DNA from: Oscillospiraceae bacterium
GTDB lineage: Bacteria; Bacillota; Clostridia; Oscillospirales; Oscillospiraceae
Assembly (NCBI GenBank): GCA_022794215.1
Contig: JAAWEH010000028.1
Location: forward strand, 2,636-66,635
Reading direction: 5' to 3'
Length of the DNA: 64,000 nucleotides
Numbering within the stretch: position 1 is the stretch's first letter; each line of letters starts with the position of its first letter. The position numbers and the translations under genes were made by a program. The notes below the pieces were generated by a model. The model had not been told where the DNA came from and made no database searches. It saw only the letters and a program-made list of their open reading frames with translations. Positions 29,823-39,666 of the stretch are shown in pieces.

Positions 29823-29900
29823 GACTGATCACCTCGCCTGTGAAAAGAAAAGAAAGGAAGAAAGGCCGGGCCCTTCTTCCCTGTTCCGGCCTATGGCAAG

Positions 29901-30167
29901 ACCGCGCACCGGCCTTTGAAGACCACGCTATATCCGTTACCCAGGCAGCCGGCTCAGGAACGGCGCCCCCGCGGCACACACCCGATTCCGCTTAATGCTG
30001 CTCGGTTCCCCGCCTGACATGGTTCACGGGCGGGTGTTGCGCAGGACCGATCCTTCATCACTGCTTTCCTGGGTCAGACGACACAGCGTGGCTCCGGGGG
30101 CCGGGATTCGCCCCTGCTGTAGCGGATTGCAGGTACAGGGCACCGCTATCTCCCCGGTTAGCGCGGC
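29901..30167 (-). ncRNA. ffs: Signal recognition particle RNA, long (Alu-containing) bacterial type
   Basis: Alu domain GGGGAGATAGCGGTGCCCTGTACCTGCAATCCGCTA; helix 8 TCAGGCGGGGAACCGAGCAGCA; paired ends GCCGCGC/GCGCGGT; upstream of dnaX. Confidence 0.93.
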
Positions 30168-30323
30168 CTTGCCTCAGGCCGGAAGCCTCCGGCCATTGAC
30201 AGGCAGATACAATAATATCATACAACATTTTGGAGCGATTATCAACTGTGAAATGGATTTTTTGAAAAAACCCTTTACAGCCCCCCAAAATGTTGCTATA
30301 ATGTCATGGCGATAATTCAACAC

Positions 30324-30399
30324 GGGCGGTTAGCTCAGCTGGGAGAGCGCAGCGTTCGCAACGCTGAGGTCGTGGGTTCGATCCCCATACCGTCCACCA
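30324..30399 (+). tRNA. tRNA-Ala(CGC)
   Basis: 76-nt cloverleaf; anticodon arm CAGCG-TTCGCAA-CGCTG; G3:U70 identity pair; encoded CCA. Confidence 0.96.
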
Positions 30400-30405
30400 A
30401 AACGA

Positions 30406-30437
30406 AAACCACCACAGTGAAAACTGCGGTGGTTTTT
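30406..30437 (+). terminator. tRNA terminator
   Basis: AAAACCACCACAG..CTGCGGTGGTTTTT. Confidence 0.7.
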
Positions 30438-30553
30438 CTTTGACCATATCAATACCACACCCAGGGGTTTCAGAAAATTGACCTCTATGCTATAATGGTT
30501 GTAAAATCATATTTCACCAAAACAAGATTTTAGTATTGTGAGGGATAACGAAA

Positions 30554-30853
30554 ATGGAAAACGCAATGTATATGATGTTGATTGAGAAAAGCAAGACATA
30601 TAACAGGATCACAAAGAAAGTGGTTGAAGAGCATGTTGCGAACATAAGAAAATTAGATGATGAGGGAAAGCTCGAAATATGCGGCGTGTTCAAAGGATAC
30701 CCGGGAATGGCCGGGATGTATATCCTGAAGGCAGACAGCCGCGAGGAAGCGAAAGCGCTTTGCGACAGCGAACCGCTGGTCGTTGGAGGATATGCCACCT
30801 ATAAACTGGTCGATTTTTTTGCCGCAAATCGAGAAAATAATTATTTGCTTTAA
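30554..30853 (+). CDS. YciI-like protein
   Basis: H...I..L...GKL..CG.F....GM.IL.A.S.EEA.....EP pattern; AT-richer than flanks. Confidence 0.75.
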   Translation: MENAMYMMLIEKSKTYNRITKKVVEEHVANIRKLDDEGKLEICGVFKGYPGMAGMYILKADSREEAKALCDSEPLVVGGYATYKLVDFFAANRENNYLL

Positions 30854-31040
30854 AGCGTTCCTGTTTATCTGACAGTCCCAATCTTTTCTTGCCTGGGCAA
30901 TCTCCGCTCTCATCTCCCCCATCAGCGCCCCCAGTTTCTCCCCCCGCCCCCACTTCCGTTTTGGCGCAGACATTGCGCATAGCGAAACGACTGCACTCAT
31001 AGAGGAACTGCGAGAGGAACTGAATCAAGACTGAGTTTCA

Positions 31041-31086
31041 GAAAAAGACCGGGAACGGAGTTGCAACTCCGTTCCCGGTCTTTTTC
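31041..31086. terminator. Perfect 46-bp palindrome, bidirectional terminator
   Basis: GAAAAAGACCGGGAACGGAGTTG|CAACTCCGTTCCCGGTCTTTTTC between convergent genes. Confidence 0.8.
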
Positions 31087-31118
31087 ATCGTTTAGGCATG
31101 GCAACTGTTACCATGCAA

Positions 31119-32216
31119 TCAGATCTCCAACCTCCGCACCCAATCTACAATCTGATCACGAGCAGTCTCGATCACATTACGGGAGATGGACAACCCGTCT
31201 AACATAACGGCGTCGGGCTCCGGAGCCGCCCAACCAATGCGGAAGTGGGTATACCACGCCTGGTCGCCGGACTTATACAAAAGCCACCCGTGAGTTTCAC
31301 GGGTGGCCGCAGGCCGTTTCATTGGGCTTGGTAGACTTTGGAGCAAAATATCCAGAAACTTTTTCACGGTAGGCGACGGCTCCGGGCTATGGAGCATACC
31401 AAAGGGGATCGAGTGATCCCATTCCACGGGAATGATCTTCAGCAGCGGATGGACGCTCTGCCAGATGGGAACGGCCATCAGCAGCGCCCCGTTATTCTCG
31501 CATTGGTTGAACGCATCCACATTGTAGAAAGAGAAGTCTACGATATTGATTTGGGGATGATCCCGCCACAGCTCGTCCCGAAGCATATCAACGCGCTTGC
31601 TCCACTCCCGTTTCATCAGCATAAGGTTTTGCCCGTACAAGTCCCGGATGGTCAGCTTATCCTTCTGCGCCAGCGGGTGATAGATGGAAACCGCGCAGCA
31701 GATAGGCTGGCGGTTCAGCTCAAAAGCTGTACAGCCCCGCAGGTTCAGCATCGTCTCGTCAAAGATCCCCGCCACAATGTCGATGTTCTGCCCCAAATGA
31801 GCCAGGATTTCACGGGCGTTCTCCGGGGTATTTTCAAAGTTGACGATCTGGAACTTCAGCTCGGGCCGCAGCGCGTGGATCTGGGGCCATAGATCCATGA
31901 GGAATTGATGGGGCGTCATGAGGGAGGTGCCGATGCGGATGATATTGTCATTTCCCTGCATCGCATTTCTCGCTCTGGTTCGGGCGTCCTTGGCGTATTG
32001 GATCATATACTTGGCGTCCTGGTAATAGGATTTCCCGGCGTCAGTCAGGGTCAGCCCCCGGGGTGTACGGACGAAAAGCTGTGCATCAAGGCTTTCCTCC
32101 AAAAGATTGATCTGCTTCATCACCGCCGTGGAAGATATATAAAGCGCCTCCGCCGCCTTGGAAAAGCTCCCGGCGTCGGCAACTTGAATAAACGTGTCCA
32201 GTTGGTGGTTGTACAT
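31119..32216 (-). CDS. LysR-family regulator with an abnormal ~70-aa C-terminal extension
   Basis: GSFSKAAEALYIS..AV.KQI..LE HTH followed by a substrate-binding domain. Confidence 0.9.
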   Translation of the reverse strand: MYNHQLDTFIQVADAGSFSKAAEALYISSTAVMKQINLLEESLDAQLFVRTPRGLTLTDAGKSYYQDAKYMIQYAKDARTRARNAMQGNDNIIRIGTSLMTPHQFLMDLWPQIHALRPELKFQIVNFENTPENAREILAHLGQNIDIVAGIFDETMLNLRGCTAFELNRQPICCAVSIYHPLAQKDKLTIRDLYGQNLMLMKREWSKRVDMLRDELWRDHPQINIVDFSFYNVDAFNQCENNGALLMAVPIWQSVHPLLKIIPVEWDHSIPFGMLHSPEPSPTVKKFLDILLQSLPSPMKRPAATRETHGWLLYKSGDQAWYTHFRIGWAAPEPDAVMLDGLSISRNVIETARDQIVDWVRRLEI

Positions 32217-32397
32217 GGCAGTGCCGCTCCTTTTTCTGACGTACTTGCATTATACCACATCAGACCGGGGAATGGAGTGTGGAATTTCATCGCGGCTTTT
32301 CCACCGGTCAGGCGCATCAGCCATTGACTCCCCCGTTCCTCTCTCCTTTCTCTGCTTGAATTTGACCCCTGCAATCTTCCAATGTGCAATATGGTAA

Positions 32398-32426
32398 TTG
32401 CAATTTTGCCATTTTATCATTATAAT
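32398..32426 (+). promoter_or_regulatory. Sigma-A promoter of the hsd operon
   Basis: TTGCAA-N17-TATAAT. Confidence 0.7.
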
Positions 32427-32464
32427 ATAGTTAGTGGTATTTTACCTAATTGGAGGTTTTCCCC

Positions 32465-33970
32465 ATGGCCAAAGAGACTTCACCCACACAGGTCAACTTC
32501 GAAAAACAAATTTGGGACGCCGCCTGTGTGCTGCGCGGCAATATGGATGCCTCTGAATATAAAACCGTGGTGTTAGGTCTAATCTTCCTGAAGTATATCT
32601 CAGACCGGTTTGAAGAAAAGTACCAAGCCCTGCTGAACGAAGGCGCCGGCTTCGAGGAGGATGTGGATGAGTATACCTCCGAAGGCATTTTCTTTGTGCC
32701 GGCAAATGCCCGCTGGGACATCATTGCCAAGTCCGCACACACCCAGTCGATCGGCATCGCCATCGACAATGCCATGCGCAGCATTGAAAAAGAAAACTCC
32801 CGGCTTAAAGATATTTTACCTAAGAACTTCGCCCGACCTGAGCTTGACAAGCGGCGTCTGGGCGATGTGGTAGACCTTTTTACCAACATTCAAATGATTG
32901 AGAAAGGCCGTGAAAAGGATATCTTAGGCAATACCTATCAATATTGCCTGCGAAAATTTGCAGAGAACGAAGGAAAATTAGCAGGTGAATTTTTCACCCC
33001 GGAATGTGTGGTAAAAACCTTAGTCGAAGTCCTGCAGCCATTCAGCGGCCGAGTTTATGACCCCTGCTGCGGCAGCGGAGGAATGTTTGTTCAGTCTGCC
33101 AAATTTGTAGAAACACACTCCGGCAGCATCAACGACATTTCAGTTTATGGCCAGGACTCCAACCCTACCACCTGGAAAATGGCCCAAATGAACCTGGCCA
33201 TCCGCGGGATCGATGCCGACCTGGGCCTGTATAACGCCGATACCTTTTTCAACGACTGCCACCCCTCCTTACTGGCCGACTACATCATGGCCAACCCGCC
33301 CTTCAACCTTTCTGAGTGGGGTGCGGATAAACTGACGGATGATGTTCGCTGGCAGTATGGCCTGCCTCCGGCAAACAACGCCAACTTCGCATGGCTCCAA
33401 CACATGATCTCCCACTTATCCCCCACCGGGCGAATTGGTATGGTTCTGGCCAACGGCTCCCTCTCCTCCCAGTCCGGCGGCGAGGGTAATATCCGGAAAA
33501 ATATCATTGAGGCTGATTTGGTAGACTGCATCGTCGCTATGCCCGCCCAGCTTTTCTACACCACGCAGATCCCTGTTTCTCTCTGGTTCCTCTCCAAAAA
33601 CAAACCGCAAAAGGGCAAAACCCTGTTTATTGACGCCCGAAAGATGGGAACCATGGTCTCCCGCAAGCTGCGGGAACTGACCGATGAAGATATCCAGAAA
33701 ATCGCCGATACCTACAACGCTTTTGCAAGCGGCGCCCTAAAAGAGGTAACCGGCTTTTGCGGCGTGGCAACTACGGAAGAAATCGCCAGGCAGGATTACA
33801 TCCTCACCCCCAGCCGCTATGTGGGAATGGAAGCCCAGGAGGATACCTGTGAGCCCTTCGAGGAGAAGATGGCCCGCCTGACCTCCGACCTGTCGGAACT
33901 TTTCGCCCAATCCCACCGGCTGGAAGATGAACTTAAAAAGCGACTGGAGGCAATCGGATATGGCATCTGA
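32465..33970 (+). CDS. hsdM: Type I R-M N6-adenine methyltransferase
   Basis: GEFFTP, DPCCGSGG, NPPF; SD GGAGG. Confidence 0.96.
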   Translation: MAKETSPTQVNFEKQIWDAACVLRGNMDASEYKTVVLGLIFLKYISDRFEEKYQALLNEGAGFEEDVDEYTSEGIFFVPANARWDIIAKSAHTQSIGIAIDNAMRSIEKENSRLKDILPKNFARPELDKRRLGDVVDLFTNIQMIEKGREKDILGNTYQYCLRKFAENEGKLAGEFFTPECVVKTLVEVLQPFSGRVYDPCCGSGGMFVQSAKFVETHSGSINDISVYGQDSNPTTWKMAQMNLAIRGIDADLGLYNADTFFNDCHPSLLADYIMANPPFNLSEWGADKLTDDVRWQYGLPPANNANFAWLQHMISHLSPTGRIGMVLANGSLSSQSGGEGNIRKNIIEADLVDCIVAMPAQLFYTTQIPVSLWFLSKNKPQKGKTLFIDARKMGTMVSRKLRELTDEDIQKIADTYNAFASGALKEVTGFCGVATTEEIARQDYILTPSRYVGMEAQEDTCEPFEEKMARLTSDLSELFAQSHRLEDELKKRLEAIGYGI

Positions 33971-35192
33971 TTGGATCACAACTCGAGCCGCCGATTTTAT
34001 TGACTTTAATCCCCGATTAAGAATCAAAAAAGGCTCCGTCGCCACCAAGATTTCCATGAACAAATTGCGGCCCTTTACAAAAAGGATCCCCGCAGCAGAG
34101 CAGGCAAATTTTTCCGGCGGTTCCAAGTTTTCCAACGGCGACACCATCATGGCCCGGATAACCCCCTGTTTGGAAAACGGGAAAACCGCCTTTGTGGATA
34201 TCCTCGCACCGGATGAGATCGCCTTTGGCTCAACCGAGTTTATCGTTATGAGAGCCAAAAGCGGCGTCAGTGATCCGCAGTTTGTCTATTACCTTGCAAC
34301 AAGCCCCGCCTTCCGCAGCGTCGCAATTCAGTCGATGGTCGGTTCTTCCGGGCGGCAGCGCGTTCAGCAGAGCGTTCTCAACGAACTCAAGCTAACCGTC
34401 CCTCCCTTGCGTGAGCAGCGCAAAATCGGCGCTTTTCTGGCCGGTCTGGATCAGAAAATTGACGTCAATTATAAGATAAGCAAAAACTTGGAGCAGCAAG
34501 CCAAGCTTCTTGTAAAGTCCTGGCTGGTTGATTATGAACCCTTCGGCGGCGTTATGCCCGACGACTGGGAACCCATCTCCTTAGCGTCAATTGCCGATTT
34601 CATTCCGGGATACTCCTACAAACGCGCACAGCTGCAGCCCTCAAATGTGGCAATGGCCACCATTAAAAATTTTGACCGCGACGGCGGCTTTAAGTTAGAT
34701 GGCTTCAAACCTCTGGTGCCCTCCTCAAAAATAAAACCGTGCCACTATGTTGAAAAATTTGATACTGTCGTTGCTCTCACCGACCTTACCCAAAAGGCAG
34801 ACGTCATCGGTAACGCCGAGCCAATCATAAGTCTCGCCGGCTATGATTCCATTGTATTCTCTCTGGATCTGGTCAAGGTTGTCCCAAAATCGGCCAAGAT
34901 TTCCAAGTTTATCCTTGCCGCCATATTACAAAGCCCCGGTTTCAAATCCCACTGCATGGGGTATGTAAACGGCACCACGGTTCTTCATTTAAGCAAAAAG
35001 GCGCTGCCCGATTATATCCTTAATCTCCCTGCAGATACCACCGTTCTAAAACCCCTGGATAACGCGCTGCAGGCGCTGTATGAAGGGATGGCAAACGCCG
35101 TTGAAGAAAGCCGAAAATTGCGGGAACTCAGGGATTCTCTGCTCCCCCGCTTCCTGTCCGGCGAAATTGACCTGTCTGCCGTCGAGCTCTAA
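33960..35192 (+). CDS. hsdS: Type I R-M specificity subunit
   Basis: Two TRDs with conserved regions PPLREQRKI..LD.KI and LRELRDSLLPRFLSGE; overlaps the hsdM stop. Confidence 0.93.
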   Translation: MASDWITTRAADFIDFNPRLRIKKGSVATKISMNKLRPFTKRIPAAEQANFSGGSKFSNGDTIMARITPCLENGKTAFVDILAPDEIAFGSTEFIVMRAKSGVSDPQFVYYLATSPAFRSVAIQSMVGSSGRQRVQQSVLNELKLTVPPLREQRKIGAFLAGLDQKIDVNYKISKNLEQQAKLLVKSWLVDYEPFGGVMPDDWEPISLASIADFIPGYSYKRAQLQPSNVAMATIKNFDRDGGFKLDGFKPLVPSSKIKPCHYVEKFDTVVALTDLTQKADVIGNAEPIISLAGYDSIVFSLDLVKVVPKSAKISKFILAAILQSPGFKSHCMGYVNGTTVLHLSKKALPDYILNLPADTTVLKPLDNALQALYEGMANAVEESRKLRELRDSLLPRFLSGEIDLSAVEL

Positions 35193-35276
35193 ACCATTAA
35201 AATGATTTCCGTGTGTCCAGCAGCAAGCCGGCGCACACAATCGCCGGACACACCGGAGCAAAAAGGGGGTGCCGTC

Positions 35277-38200
35277 ATGTTGGGATATGCTGAAGCCGAC
35301 TATGAAAATGCAGTGATTGAGCTGTTTACCAGCATGGGCTATACCCACATATACGCCCCCGATATGAACCGGGAGGACTGCTCCAGCCCTTTGCTGGATC
35401 CTGTCCTCCGGGATAGCTTGGTACGGCTGAACCGGAACTTGCCCATGGAGGCGATCCGGGAAGCCCTTGGAAAGCTGAACGCTTTTGATACCGGCAGCCT
35501 TGTTCAGAAAAACATGGCCTTCATGGAATACCTGCAAAACGGCATTGAAGTGAAATATTTCCTTCACGGGGAGGAATCCTCTGCCCTGGTGCGTCTGATA
35601 GACTATACCAGACCTGAAAACAACACCTTTCATGTCGTGAACCAGTATACATACATCGAAAACGGCAATAACCGCCGCCCGGATATCCTTTTGTTTATCA
35701 ATGGCCTCCCCCTTGTCCTGATGGAGCTGAAGAGCCCATCCAAGGATGATGCAGGGGCAGAAAATGCCTTCCTCCAGATCCGCAACTATATGCAGGATAT
35801 CCCCTCCCTGTTCATTTATAATGCCATCTGCGTCATCAGCGACCTGTCCACCAACAAGGCCGGCACAATCACCTCTGCCTATGACCGTTTCATGGAATGG
35901 AAAACCAAGGACGGCAGCTATGAAAATACCGCCTTCGCTCAGTTCGATACCTTCTATGAGGGGATGTTCCGGCGGGAGCGGCTGCTGGATCTGATCCAAA
36001 ACTTCATCCTGTTTTCCGGGGATCCCCAAAATCCCATTAAAATCTTGGCCGGTTATCATCAGTATTTTGCTGTCCGGAAAGCGGTTGAGACGGCTATACG
36101 CGCCACCGCAACCGACGGAAAAGGCGGCGTTTTCTGGCACACCCAGGGCAGCGGAAAATCCCTGTCCATGGTTTTTTATGCCCATCTTCTGCAAGAAGCG
36201 CTGGATTGTCCTACCATCGTAGTGATGACCGACCGCATTGATCTGGACGACCAGCTCTATACCCAGTTTGTCCGATGCGCCCCCTTCCTCCGGCAAACGC
36301 CCATCCAGGCGGAGAGCAAGGAGCACCTGAAGACCCTGCTGGAAGGCCGGACTGCCAACGGGATTATTTTTACAACCATGTTCAAATTCGAGCGCGGCGA
36401 GGCTGCCCTATCCACCCGGCGCAACATTATTGTCATGACCGATGAGGCCCACCGGGGGCAATATGGCTTTGATGAAAAGGTGCGTTACTTTGAAAACGAC
36501 GCCGGCGAAATGGAGGCCCGTGTGACGGTGGGCAGCGCCCGCATCATCCGGGAAGCTCTGCCCAATGCAACATTTATCGGCTTTACCGGAACTCCCATCT
36601 CCGCCAAAGACCGAAACACCCGTCAGGTTTTCGGCAACTATATCGACGTATATGATATGACCCAAGCCGTGGAAGACGGCGCCACCCGGCCGGTCTACTA
36701 CGAAAGCCGGGTTATCCACCTGCGGCTGGATCAAAACGCCCTGGCTCTCATTGACGCCGCCTACGACATTTTTGAGCAGCAGGCAAATGCCGCCGCCATT
36801 GAGAAAAGCAAAAAGGTACTGGGACAGATGGAAAGCATCTTGGGCGCGGACTCCACCATCCAGTCTCTCTGTGTGGATATCATCTCCCATTATGAAAATC
36901 ACCGGGCCAAACTGCTTACCGGCAAGGCAATGATCGTGGCCTACTCCCGCCCCACCGCCATGAAGATTTATCGAAAGCTGCTGGAACTGCGCCCCGGCTG
37001 GGCAGAAAAAGTAGGCGTAGTCATGACCGGCAGAAGGGATGATCCGGAAGAGTGGAAAGCCGTCATTGGCACCAAAAGCCACAAGGAGGAGCTCTCCCGC
37101 AAATTTAAGGACAACAGCGATCCGATGAAGATCGCCATTGTGGTAGACATGTGGCTTACCGGCTTCGATGTGCCCTCCCTGGCCACCATGTATATCTATA
37201 AGCCTATGCGCGGCTACAGCCTGATGCAGGCCATCGCCCGTGTAAACCGGGTCTTTCAGGACAAAGAGGGCGGTTTGATCGTGGACTACGTAGGCATCGC
37301 CTCCGCTTTGAAGGCCGCCATGAATGAGTACACATCCCGGGACCGCAGCAGGTACGGTGATATGAATATCACCCAAACCGCATATCCCCAGTTTCAGGCG
37401 AAGCTTCAATCCTGCAGAAACCTGATGTGCGGCTTTCACTACAGCGCCTTTATGAACGGCAGTCCGCTGGAGATGGCCAAAGCAATCTCCGGCGGGGTAA
37501 ACTTTGTCCTGGATACCGCCGCCCCCAACCGCAAAGAGTCCTTTGCCAAGGAAGCCCTCCTTCTGAAGCAGGCCCACTCCCTCTGCTCCAGCCTCACCAC
37601 CGCTCAAGAGCAGCGCCAGGCGGCTTATTTTGAGGCCGTCCGTTCAACCGTCGCAAAGCTGACGATAGACGGCGCCGACGGCAAACACCTGTCTCTGCAG
37701 GAAATCAACACTCAGATCAATGCTTTACTCAAAGCCAGCGTACACAGCGAAGGCGTCATCAACCTGTTTAATCGCAAGTTGACCGGTGAAACGTTTTCTC
37801 TTTTTGATCCCGGTGTCTTGGAAGAAGTTTCCAACATGGAAGAGAAAAACATTGCCGTTGAGCTCCTCCGCAGGCTCACGGCCGAGCAAGTCTCTGTTTT
37901 CAAGCGAACCAATCTGATACAGTCCCAGCGCTTTTCGGCGCGGATCACCCAGCTTATGCACGCATACTATGACGGTCTGATTACCAACGAGAAAGTCATT
38001 CGAGCCCTTCTGGATGCCACCGCCCAGATGGATGCCCTTCACAAGCAAAGCGAGGCCCTGGGCCTCTCTCAGGAAGAACTGGCCTTTTACGACGCACTCA
38101 CAAAACCGGAAGCCATCAAAGGTTTTCACGAAAATGACCAATTGATTGCCATGACCCGGGAATTGACACAAACCCTCCGCCGGAACCAAACCATCGACTG

Positions 38201-38366
38201 GCAGAAGAAGGAAACCGCCCGCGCCGGGATGCGGAGGCTGGTAAAACGTCTGTTGAAACAGTATGACTATCCCTCCGAAAGCACGGAGGAGGCCATCAAT
38301 GCTGTCCTTGGCCAGTGTGAAATGTGGGCAGACAATGAAATCGGGAGCGCCGCCGCTCCCGATTGA
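35277..38366 (+). CDS. hsdR: Type I R-M restriction subunit
   Basis: RPD..NGLP..ELK nuclease, HTQGSGKS, DEAH, FTGTP, LTGFD, QAIARVNR. Confidence 0.96.
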   Translation: MLGYAEADYENAVIELFTSMGYTHIYAPDMNREDCSSPLLDPVLRDSLVRLNRNLPMEAIREALGKLNAFDTGSLVQKNMAFMEYLQNGIEVKYFLHGEESSALVRLIDYTRPENNTFHVVNQYTYIENGNNRRPDILLFINGLPLVLMELKSPSKDDAGAENAFLQIRNYMQDIPSLFIYNAICVISDLSTNKAGTITSAYDRFMEWKTKDGSYENTAFAQFDTFYEGMFRRERLLDLIQNFILFSGDPQNPIKILAGYHQYFAVRKAVETAIRATATDGKGGVFWHTQGSGKSLSMVFYAHLLQEALDCPTIVVMTDRIDLDDQLYTQFVRCAPFLRQTPIQAESKEHLKTLLEGRTANGIIFTTMFKFERGEAALSTRRNIIVMTDEAHRGQYGFDEKVRYFENDAGEMEARVTVGSARIIREALPNATFIGFTGTPISAKDRNTRQVFGNYIDVYDMTQAVEDGATRPVYYESRVIHLRLDQNALALIDAAYDIFEQQANAAAIEKSKKVLGQMESILGADSTIQSLCVDIISHYENHRAKLLTGKAMIVAYSRPTAMKIYRKLLELRPGWAEKVGVVMTGRRDDPEEWKAVIGTKSHKEELSRKFKDNSDPMKIAIVVDMWLTGFDVPSLATMYIYKPMRGYSLMQAIARVNRVFQDKEGGLIVDYVGIASALKAAMNEYTSRDRSRYGDMNITQTAYPQFQAKLQSCRNLMCGFHYSAFMNGSPLEMAKAISGGVNFVLDTAAPNRKESFAKEALLLKQAHSLCSSLTTAQEQRQAAYFEAVRSTVAKLTIDGADGKHLSLQEINTQINALLKASVHSEGVINLFNRKLTGETFSLFDPGVLEEVSNMEEKNIAVELLRRLTAEQVSVFKRTNLIQSQRFSARITQLMHAYYDGLITNEKVIRALLDATAQMDALHKQSEALGLSQEELAFYDALTKPEAIKGFHENDQLIAMTRELTQTLRRNQTIDWQKKETARAGMRRLVKRLLKQYDYPSESTEEAINAVLGQCEMWADNEIGSAAAPD

Positions 38367-38376
38367 TGCACCGCCG

Positions 38377-38410
38377 AAAAAGGCGCGCCGGAATTTCCGG
38401 CGCGCCTTTT
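38377..38410. terminator. Bidirectional terminator
   Basis: AAAAAGGCGCGCCGGAA-T-TTCCGGCGCGCCTTTT between convergent genes. Confidence 0.8.
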
Positions 38411-38427
38411 CTCATTCCAACTTTTCC

Positions 38428-39630
38428 TTATTTCTTCCTGCATTTCAGCACATCACTATAAAACCTGTCCATCTCCTTTTTGGTGGAGAAAACCGCCACA
38501 TACATCTGGTTGCCCATGGCGCCGGAAAGAACATCGGGAATCCGTCCCACCATGCGCAGTGCGCTGTCATATTTCTCCAACAGCTGGTCGTGGCTCAGCA
38601 CAAAATCCTTCCCGTCCCGGCGTCCGGCATAGGCGCAGTAGGCGTGCTCCCCCTCCGGGGCCTCCGCCCGGTCAAAGGCGATCATGTCCGCCCAGATCTT
38701 GTAGACGTCGGCAGAGTTGGCAAAGTTCATCATATCCGGGCTAAACCCGCCGCAGGGCCGCATGTTGACCTCCAGGGCCACCACGTCCCCCTTCTTCCCC
38801 ATTCCCTCCTGGTCTTGGGTCAGGCGGAAAAATTCAAAGTGGACAAACCGGCTTTTCACCCCAAAACTCTTCGCCGTGGCCCGGCCCGCCTTCCGAACAT
38901 CGTCGGGCAGATCCTTTACAATGTAATAGATGGAGTTGTCCTCCTCATTGACAATATCCATAATGGACATAGGGGTCACATTTCCCGTCTCAAAAATGGG
39001 TTCCCCCTTGGAGTCAATGATGGCGTCATAGGAGTTGACCTCGGCGCGGATAAACTCCTCCATGATATAGCAAACACCCTCCAAGCGCTTGTTCTCCAGG
39101 AAATCCTCCAGTTCCTTTTCGTCGGACAGCTTATAGGTGTGGGAGGCTCCCACCCCGTTGTCCGGCTTTACCACCACAGGCCAGCCCACCTCTTTGATGA
39201 ACTTCTCGCACCCCTTCCGGTCCTCCACCAGGCAATACCGGGCCGTAGGAATCCCCACCGCCTGATAGTAAGCCTTCATTTTGGATTTATATTTGATCCG
39301 GGGCATGTCCTCCACCTGAAAGCCGGAGGTAATGTGGAAGTCGGTACGAAGCTGGGCGTCCCGCTCCAGCCAATACTCGTTGTTGGACTCCAGCCAATCG
39401 ATGCGGCCGTACTTAAAAATGAAGTAGCCCACCGCCCGGTAGACCTGCTCATAGTCCTCCAGAGAGCCCACCTTATAATACTCGGTAAGGCTGTCCTTCA
39501 GCTCGGGCATCAGCTCGTCATAGGGGGCGTCCCCGATCCCCAGCACGTTCATCCCGTTGTTGCGCAGCTCCCGGCAGAACTGCCAGTAGTTGGTGGGAAA
39601 ATGGGGGGAAATAAAAACCACGTTTTTCAT
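38428..39630 (-). CDS. ATP-grasp ligase (carbamoyl-phosphate-synthase-like)
   Basis: KSKMK, PVVVKPDNGVGA, MEEFI, HFEFF, LEVNMRPCGG. Confidence 0.88.
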   Translation of the reverse strand: MKNVVFISPHFPTNYWQFCRELRNNGMNVLGIGDAPYDELMPELKDSLTEYYKVGSLEDYEQVYRAVGYFIFKYGRIDWLESNNEYWLERDAQLRTDFHITSGFQVEDMPRIKYKSKMKAYYQAVGIPTARYCLVEDRKGCEKFIKEVGWPVVVKPDNGVGASHTYKLSDEKELEDFLENKRLEGVCYIMEEFIRAEVNSYDAIIDSKGEPIFETGNVTPMSIMDIVNEEDNSIYYIVKDLPDDVRKAGRATAKSFGVKSRFVHFEFFRLTQDQEGMGKKGDVVALEVNMRPCGGFSPDMMNFANSADVYKIWADMIAFDRAEAPEGEHAYCAYAGRRDGKDFVLSHDQLLEKYDSALRMVGRIPDVLSGAMGNQMYVAVFSTKKEMDRFYSDVLKCRKK

Positions 39631-39666
39631 CCGTCTCTCTCCTTCTCTATACAAACCGTCCGCCGG

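Noticed and set aside
30653-31028. ORFs 30653-31000 and 30690-31028 on the minus strand
   Set aside because: They overlap the YciI gene antisense and have no SD; more likely gene debris.
33960-35276. Phase-variable hsdS shufflon
   Set aside because: Only one hsdS; no recombinase, silent TRD cassette, inverted repeats or simple-sequence tract visible.
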